A DNA stretch of 39,945 nucleotides from positions 1 to 39,945 of the forward strand of contig JAVJSW010000034.1 of the NCBI GenBank assembly GCA_040219255.1. The letters run 5' to 3'. The position numbers and the translations under genes are program-made. Under the pieces are notes generated by a model. It did not search any database. It was not told the DNA's origin and was given only the letters and a program-made list of their open reading frames with translations. Every line of letters begins with the position of its first letter. The first letter of the stretch is position 1. This document shows positions 34,092 through 39,945 of this stretch, in pieces. This DNA is from Sumerlaeia bacterium. Its GTDB lineage: Bacteria > Sumerlaeota > Sumerlaeia > SLMS01 > JAHLLQ01.

Positions 34092-35996
34092 ATGAACGCA
34101 CCGCCTGAATTCCACCGCGCAAGGACCCGCCGCTGGACGCTCTGGCTGGCGATGATGCTGGCGCTGTCGCTTCCTCTGGCGGCCGCGGCACAGGACCCGA
34201 CGGTTCGCGCCTACATCGAACCGGACTCCCGCATCACGGAAGGCGACAGCTTCGCGTATGTGATCGAGTCCTCGCAGGTGCCTTCCGACGTCGAACCACC
34301 GACCACCGCCACGGGCCCCATCGCCCTGGCCCAGAGCCAGCCGATGCAGTCGAGCCAGACGTCCTTCGTCAATGGCCGGATGTCGGCGGTGCATCGCCTG
34401 ATCTGGAACTTCCGCACGACCGGCACCGGAGCCTTTGAAATCCCCGCCGCCACCATCGTCATCAATGGCGACAGTTACAAGGTGGACGCGGTACAGGGCG
34501 AAGTGATGCCGATCCCAACCATCGACTTTGGCAACATCGGCGAAGTGAAATCGGCCCGCACCCAGAACACCGAATTGGACCGCCAATTGGAAGGCCGCAT
34601 CTTCAGCGTGACCAAGGCGCCCGATGAGGTTTACCTGGGCGAGCCCTTCGAGGTGCAAATGTATGTGTACCGCGACGCCCTGATCCGGTCCGGTTCAGTG
34701 ACCGATTTCCGGCCCAAAGGCCTGGCGCAGAACCAGCCGGAACTGGCCCAGGGGCGCTACGCGGTGCCGCTGGCGGAGATGTCGTACCTCGAGCCCCGGG
34801 TGCGTTGGACGGAAGTCGAAATCGGCGGCGAGACCTTTGAGCACGCCCTCGTCCATACCACCACGGCGGTCGCCATCAGCACCGGTGAAATCGAAGTGGA
34901 GGGCTCCGACATGGAGTTCGCTCTCCGGTTTCGCGAGCGCGGCGCCTTTGGCTGGGAACGCCGCATCAGGGCCGAGCTGCCACCTCAAACGGTAACGGTC
35001 GACGTCAAGCCCCTGCCTCCGGCCCCCGCCCAGGCCATCGCCCAGGTGGTCGGGTCCTACGCGGTCACCGCCTTCGCCGATCAGTCCCATGTCGCCGAGG
35101 GCGATCTGGTGACGCTGACGGTGCGGCTCTCCGGGCAAGGCTATCTCGGCCGAACGGGACTGAAGATGCCCGACTTGGCCGGATTGCAATTCGTGGCCGA
35201 GGAGTCGGAGTTCGACCTTCAGCAGTCGCCCGGCGGGCCAGTCGTTTCCACCAAAGTGTTCGAACTGACTTATCAGGCCCTGCAGCCCGGCCAGGTCACG
35301 ATCCCGGCGCTGACGGTGGCGGCTTTCGATCCGGAGGCGGAACAGCAGACGCTTCTGGAAACCGACGCCATCGAATTGTCCGTCGAGCGCACCGGCGATG
35401 CCTCGGTGGCGGTGGTTTCCGCCGCGCCGGGTAACCGCGCCGAGGCGCGCGACCTGGCGGAGGGCCGGCCCGACATCGCCTACATCGACACGGACGCGGA
35501 GTTGAGCCGCTCGGATTTCCAGCGCGGTGCGGGCAAGCCGCTGGCCATGCGGCCCTGGTTTTGGGTCGTTCACGCGGCGCCGTTGCTTCTGGTCTTCGGC
35601 GCGATGGCCAACGAAGAACGCAAACGCCGCGAAGCCGCCGACCCGGACAAGCTGTCGGCCAAGGAACGGCGCTCGAAAGCCCGCGCCGCCCTGCGCGAGG
35701 CCAGCGCACTGCAATCCGACGCCAGCCAGACGGAGGATTTCTACCGCGCCTTGACCACGGCGGTGACGCTGGCCGTGGGGCGAGCGACAAACCGGGAACC
35801 TTCCGGCCTGACCGCCGAGAGCGCGGGCCAGGAATTGCGCCGCATCGGCGCGGACGACCTCGCGGGCGATACGACGGCGCTGCTGAACCGCTGCCAGGAA
35901 ATGCTCTACGCCCCGGCCGCGGGCGAATCCAGCCGAGCCAAGGACTACGAAACGGCCCAGAAGCTGGTGGACGCGCTGGAAAGGTGGAAGAAATGA
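34092..35996 (+). CDS. batD: BatD-like protein
   Basis: Signal peptide, SQTSFVNGRMS, GAFEIPA, VYLGEP, VDVKPLP, VGSY, PGQVTIPAL..FDP, and a C-terminal TM. Confidence 0.85.
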   Translation: MNAPPEFHRARTRRWTLWLAMMLALSLPLAAAAQDPTVRAYIEPDSRITEGDSFAYVIESSQVPSDVEPPTTATGPIALAQSQPMQSSQTSFVNGRMSAVHRLIWNFRTTGTGAFEIPAATIVINGDSYKVDAVQGEVMPIPTIDFGNIGEVKSARTQNTELDRQLEGRIFSVTKAPDEVYLGEPFEVQMYVYRDALIRSGSVTDFRPKGLAQNQPELAQGRYAVPLAEMSYLEPRVRWTEVEIGGETFEHALVHTTTAVAISTGEIEVEGSDMEFALRFRERGAFGWERRIRAELPPQTVTVDVKPLPPAPAQAIAQVVGSYAVTAFADQSHVAEGDLVTLTVRLSGQGYLGRTGLKMPDLAGLQFVAEESEFDLQQSPGGPVVSTKVFELTYQALQPGQVTIPALTVAAFDPEAEQQTLLETDAIELSVERTGDASVAVVSAAPGNRAEARDLAEGRPDIAYIDTDAELSRSDFQRGAGKPLAMRPWFWVVHAAPLLLVFGAMANEERKRREAADPDKLSAKERRSKARAALREASALQSDASQTEDFYRALTTAVTLAVGRATNREPSGLTAESAGQELRRIGADDLAGDTTALLNRCQEMLYAPAAGESSRAKDYETAQKLVDALERWKK

Positions 35997-36775
35997 GAAC
36001 GCTCGCTCAATTCCTGATCGCGCTCCTGCTCCTCGTGGGCATGGCATCTGCCGCCAGGGCTCAGGACATGCCGATCGAGAAGGCCAACGAACTTCTCAAC
36101 GAAGCGAACACCCTTTACACCCAGCAGTCCTTCGACCAGGCGCTGAGGTCCTACAGCCGTCTCCTCGACTCCGGCTGGGCCTCCCCCGCCCTCCTGACCA
36201 ACGCCGCCAACGCCGCCTGGCGCACAGGACAGACGGGCCCGGCTGTGCTCTACTACGAGCGCGCCCTGCGCCTGGACCCGGGCTACGATCCGGCGCGGCG
36301 CAACCTGCGTTATGCCCAGCCCACCACCAACGCCCTGCCCGCCAACGAGCAAACCCTCGGCGATATCGTCTCCGATTGGTTCCGAGACACCCCGGCGGCG
36401 ATCTGGTGGCTGCTGATGGAGGCGGCGTTCGTGGCTCTGCTGCTGGCGCTGTATTTCACGGGCAAGACCGAACGGCGGACGGAACGGCGCGAAGTCTGGG
36501 GCGGGCGCGCCATCGCCACCGGCGTGCTCTTCGCGGTCTTTGGCGGGTTGCTGATTCTGCACGGCTTGGCGCGCCAGAGCGGCCCCGACGCGATCGTCAT
36601 GGCGGAATTCGCCATCAGCCGCACCGGCCCCGGCGAGCATTTCCTGCAACAAATGGAGTTGCCCGAGGGCACCGCCGTGGAGTTGCTGGCGGAACCGGAT
36701 CAGGGCTGGGTGCGATTCAAGCTGGTGGATGGCCGCAGCGGGTTCGTGCCGACGGCGGTACTGGAGCGCATCTAG
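35993..36775 (+). CDS. batE: BatE-like TPR plus SH3 protein
   Basis: ATGA overlap. ANTLYTQQSFDQA, GPAVLYYERALRLDP, two TMs, and LPEGTAV...GWVRFKLVDGRSGFVP (SH3b). Confidence 0.87.
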   Translation: MRTLAQFLIALLLLVGMASAARAQDMPIEKANELLNEANTLYTQQSFDQALRSYSRLLDSGWASPALLTNAANAAWRTGQTGPAVLYYERALRLDPGYDPARRNLRYAQPTTNALPANEQTLGDIVSDWFRDTPAAIWWLLMEAAFVALLLALYFTGKTERRTERREVWGGRAIATGVLFAVFGGLLILHGLARQSGPDAIVMAEFAISRTGPGEHFLQQMELPEGTAVELLAEPDQGWVRFKLVDGRSGFVPTAVLERI

Positions 36776-36808
36776 CACACTCCGGCGGCCTCGCCGATTC
36801 CTTTCCGT

Positions 36809-36834
36809 TTCCGCCTGAAGGCGGGACTACGAAC
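36809..36834. repeat. REP-like hairpin (reverse complement begins GTAG) after batE; may also act as a terminator
   Basis: ttccgcctgaaggcgggactacgaac, followed by a T7 run at 36841-36847. Confidence 0.55.
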
Positions 36835-36845
36835 GCTGAGTTTTT

Positions 36846-38417
36846 TTGACTTCTGAGGCGGCACCAACGGATTCGAGCCCGCCCAAGGGCATCGCGCTGG
36901 CGGCGCTGGACCGGACACCGCTGCGAATTGTCCTGGGCCGTGTCACAGCCCTTTCCCTGCCGGTCGTTTTTGAAAATCTGATGCAGACGGCCACCTTGCT
37001 GGTGGACGCGTTGATGATCGCCCAGTTGCCGAACAATGGCGCCCTGCTGGCGGCGGTGGCGATGGTGGGCATCGCGTATTGGCGCCTGACGAATGTGGCG
37101 GGGGCGACGCAGTTCGGCGTCGGTGCCTATGTGGCGCGGCGCTGGGGCGAGGACGATGGCGAAGGCGCCGGCAAGGCCCTGGCCCACGGCATGGTGCTGG
37201 GCGTGGTGTCGGGAGGCATTCTGCTGGCCGCGATGTATTTCGTGGCGCCGTTTCTGTTCCGCATGCTGCAGGGCGGCGGCACCGCCGTGGACCCGGTGGC
37301 GCAGGAGCAAGCCACCGAGTATTTCCGCATCGTGCTGCTGGCCCTGCCCTGCCGCATGGCCATGATCAACGTGGCCGCCGCCATGCGCGCCGCCGGCGAT
37401 ACGCGCACCCCCCTGGCCGTGACGGTGATGATGGTGGTGCTGAACGTGATCCTCAACAGCATGCTGATTTACGGCAAGTGGGGCGCGCCCGCCATGGGCA
37501 TGCGCGGGGCGGCGATTTCCACGGCGATCTGCTTTACCGCGGGAGCGGCGGTGCTGCTGCTGGTGGCGTGGCGGGGTGTGGCGCCGGCGCGGTTTTCGTC
37601 GATGCAGGACCAGCGCCTGCCCTCCAGCGACCTCCCCACCGTGATCCGCGGCTGGGGAACTTCCATCGCCGAGACCATGGTGGTGCTGGTCAAGGGCGTG
37701 CGGGATCGGCCCCTCCCCCGCCAGAGCGCGCCACTGCACATGGACCGGCGGGGGCTGAGGCTTTGGCTGCCGGGCGTAACGCCCAAAATCCTGCGCGTGT
37801 CGGGCCCGGCGCTGGGCGAGCAAATCCTCGCCTCCATCGGGTTTCTGCCCTATTTCGCCATGGTCGGCAGTTTCGGGACCGCCGTTCTGGCCGCCCATTC
37901 CGCCACGGTCCGGGTCGAGTCCATGGCCTACATGGCGGGTTATGCGATCACAGCGGCCACTGCCGCGTTGGTCGGCCAGGCCATGGGCGCGGGGAGGCTG
38001 CCGCTGGCGTGGCGCCTGTTCCGGATCAACACCTGGCTCGCCATCGCGATGCTCGGCGGTGCGGGGCTGATGTTCATGGTCATTCCCGAGGCCCTCCTCT
38101 GGCTCTTCCGTCTCGAACCGGAAGTGGCCGAAATCGGCTACGGGCTCCTGGCCATCGTGGGGATCGAGCAAGTCTTCATCGCGACCACCATGACGCTGGC
38201 GGGCGGGCTGCGCGGCGCCGGCTACACCAAGGCGCCCTTCCTGGCCGAGCTGTGCGGTACGGTGATCGTGCGTCTGGGGCTCGGGGTTTTCCTGGCGTGG
38301 GGCCTGGGGCTGGGATTCTGGGGGCTGTACTGGGCGACGGTGGCCGATTGGGCGACGCGGACGACGGTGTTGCTGATTGCGGTCTTGCGCGGGAAATGGC
38401 AGACCACGGAAGTGTAA
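36846..38417 (+). CDS. MATE family efflux transporter; start uncertain
   Basis: LSLPVVFENLMQT..LLVDALMIAQL, RAAGDTRTPL, LIYGKWGAPAMGMRGAAIST, LVGQAMGAG, GGLRGAGYTK; about 12 TMs. Confidence 0.92.
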   Translation: MTSEAAPTDSSPPKGIALAALDRTPLRIVLGRVTALSLPVVFENLMQTATLLVDALMIAQLPNNGALLAAVAMVGIAYWRLTNVAGATQFGVGAYVARRWGEDDGEGAGKALAHGMVLGVVSGGILLAAMYFVAPFLFRMLQGGGTAVDPVAQEQATEYFRIVLLALPCRMAMINVAAAMRAAGDTRTPLAVTVMMVVLNVILNSMLIYGKWGAPAMGMRGAAISTAICFTAGAAVLLLVAWRGVAPARFSSMQDQRLPSSDLPTVIRGWGTSIAETMVVLVKGVRDRPLPRQSAPLHMDRRGLRLWLPGVTPKILRVSGPALGEQILASIGFLPYFAMVGSFGTAVLAAHSATVRVESMAYMAGYAITAATAALVGQAMGAGRLPLAWRLFRINTWLAIAMLGGAGLMFMVIPEALLWLFRLEPEVAEIGYGLLAIVGIEQVFIATTMTLAGGLRGAGYTKAPFLAELCGTVIVRLGLGVFLAWGLGLGFWGLYWATVADWATRTTVLLIAVLRGKWQTTEV

Positions 38418-38468
38418 CTGGCCCTGCGCCAACACTCCGCCCACCCGCAAACGAAGGACCCGCCGCCG

Positions 38469-39131
38469 ATGTTCACCGGACTGATCGAAGACCTGGGCCG
38501 CCTGCGCTCGATCCGGCCCCGAGCCTCGGGCGTGGAACTCGTGATCGAATCGGCCCTCGTCGCCCGCGCCGCCAAACCCGGCGACAGCATCGCCGTCGAG
38601 GGCGTCTGCCTGACCGCCGAAACGTTGCATGACGACACGTTTTCGGCATTCGCTTCGCCCGAGACGATCGACCGCTCGGCTCTCTCGGATCGGCAGCCCG
38701 GTGATTTGCTAAACCTGGAAAGATCAATGACCTTGGGCGGCCGCCTGGACGGTCACATGGTGCAGGGCCATGTCGACGCCACCGGATGGCTGCGCTCTGT
38801 CACGGCCCTGGGCGACGCCTGGGAGGCTGAAATCGAGGCTCCGGAGACCATTCTTCGGCAGTGCGTCGAGAAAGGTTCGATCGCCGTCAACGGCATCAGC
38901 TTGACAATCGCCAGCTTGCGCGCCAACTCCTTCACCCTGGCCATAATCCCCGAAACCTGGACTCGTACAACCCTGTCGCGGCGAGACTTAGGCGCACGGG
39001 TCAATCTGGAGACAGACGTCATCGGGAAGTATGTCTTCCGTTTTCTTGAGACCCAATTCTCAATTCAGGGCACGAATCCTGCTCTTTCTCCTGGAAGATT
39101 GGACGACATTTGGCGAGCCTTCCGCTCCTAG
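38469..39131 (+). CDS. ribE: Riboflavin synthase (alpha chain)
   Basis: MFTGLIE start, GDSIAVEGVCLT, NLERS...GGRLDGHMVQGHVD, KGSIAVNGISLT, IIPET, VNLETD. Confidence 0.96.
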   Translation: MFTGLIEDLGRLRSIRPRASGVELVIESALVARAAKPGDSIAVEGVCLTAETLHDDTFSAFASPETIDRSALSDRQPGDLLNLERSMTLGGRLDGHMVQGHVDATGWLRSVTALGDAWEAEIEAPETILRQCVEKGSIAVNGISLTIASLRANSFTLAIIPETWTRTTLSRRDLGARVNLETDVIGKYVFRFLETQFSIQGTNPALSPGRLDDIWRAFRS

Positions 39132-39170
39132 TTCCGTAGCGCCCCGCTCCCGGGCAATTCTTCTTTCTTT

Positions 39171-39716
39171 ATGCAAACCGCTCCGAACGACCTGCTTTTC
39201 CCCTTCGACGATCCCAGGGACGCCGCCGCCTGGCAAGGCGTCGCCGACGCGGTGATGGGGGGCGTCTCGACCGGCCTCTTCCAACCCGCCCTCAACGGCG
39301 ACGGCACGCATCCGATCGCCGCCTTTGTCGGCGAGATCGTGTTGCACAGCGGCAAAGGTTTCGCATCCGTGCACAGTCCCCCGGGACGGTACGATCTTTC
39401 TGAGAAAACCGGCTTCATCCTTCGCGTCCGGGGCGATGGGCGCCGTTACGCCCTGACCCTGCGCACCCATCACATGATGGAAGTCAGCACCCCGCCCAGC
39501 GGCCCCTACTCCTGGCGCCACGGCTTCGACACGCAGCCCGGTCTCTGGCAGGAATGCCGCCTGCCCCTCTCCGATTTCCGCCCCATGAGCAAAGGCCACG
39601 AAATCGAAAACATCCCGCCCCTCGACCCCAGCGACATCGCCCACATCGGCTTTCTGATTTCCGACAAACAGGGCGGTCTGTTCCGCCTCGAGGTGGATTG
39701 GGTGGGGGTTTATTGA
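39171..39716 (+). CDS. CIA30 family protein (complex I intermediate-associated protein 30 domain)
   Basis: WQGVADAVMGGVS, GFASV, LRVRGDGRRY, WQECRLPLSDF, IGFLISDKQGGLFRLEVDWV. Confidence 0.9.
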   Translation: MQTAPNDLLFPFDDPRDAAAWQGVADAVMGGVSTGLFQPALNGDGTHPIAAFVGEIVLHSGKGFASVHSPPGRYDLSEKTGFILRVRGDGRRYALTLRTHHMMEVSTPPSGPYSWRHGFDTQPGLWQECRLPLSDFRPMSKGHEIENIPPLDPSDIAHIGFLISDKQGGLFRLEVDWVGVY

Positions 39717-39889
39717 GGGAAGTTGGCGAGGGCGCTTCAGGAACTCAGAAGCGAGGAATCGTCACGGTGTGCCCGCCGCGATTTCGCCAAAACACAACTC
39801 CATCCGTAAACGTCCTACGAGCCCCATCTTGACCATCGCCGGGGCCCTGTGCGATTCTGCCTCCTCATTTTATACACGGAGAGCAGGTC

Positions 39890-39945
39890 ATGGAACACAA
39901 GACCCCCGGCTTCACAACCGGCGCGAAGCGAACGCACTGGCAGGC
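39890..39945 (+). CDS. Possible start of the next gene (3'-partial)
   Basis: GGAG upstream and ATG at 39890 open to the window end (MEHKTPGFTTGAKRTHWQ); too short to identify. Confidence 0.3.
   Translation, partial: MEHKTPGFTTGAKRTHWQ

Noticed and set aside
9293-38630. Long antisense or alternate-frame ORFs (e.g. 13297-14763, 16397-18853, 23395-25353, 26148-28178, 36717-38630)
   Set aside because: Shadow ORFs expected in high-GC DNA. They overlap well-supported genes and have no recognisable motifs.
39171-39716. CIA30 plus Atp23-like domains as a mitochondria-like assembly module
   Set aside because: CIA30-family proteins are common in bacteria, the loci are 35 kb apart, and the Atp23-like domains are in a low-GC toxin island. 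The CIA30 ending DWVGVY is part of its fold, not the WxxYE tag.

Overview
GC-rich (~65% by eye) bacterial chromosome segment from a probable diderm. The C-terminal W-x-x-Y-E tags and the repeat families hint at Candidatus Sumerlaeota (BRC1) or a PVC-like lineage; this is inference only. Four blocks are visible. (1) 1-5.4 kb: two tandem Rhs toxin/immunity cassettes, each followed by the 3' end of a tyrosine recombinase on the opposite strand. Both low-GC toxin tips are Cys-rich HEXXH metalloproteases whose motif order closely resembles the mitochondrial protease Atp23 (peptidase M76), and each is paired with a secreted beta-propeller-like immunity candidate. (2) 5.7-11.3 kb: a cobalamin riboswitch leading two secreted proteins that both end in G-W-x-x-Y-E (the first is interrupted by an in-frame TAG), then a GT-C-like membrane protein. 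(3) 11.4-24.7 kb: a T2SS/type IV pilus-like cluster (gspE, gspF, H/I/J/K-like pseudopilins, PilM-N fusion, PilO-like, three GspC/PilP-like paralogs) with no secretin, major pseudopilin or prepilin peptidase in the window. (4) 24.7-39.9 kb: GNAT (minus strand), htrA, moxR-DUF58-batABCDE, a MATE transporter, riboflavin synthase and a CIA30-family protein. Several families of short palindromic or tandem repeats sit at gene junctions. All family calls come from motif recognition by eye; no searches were run.
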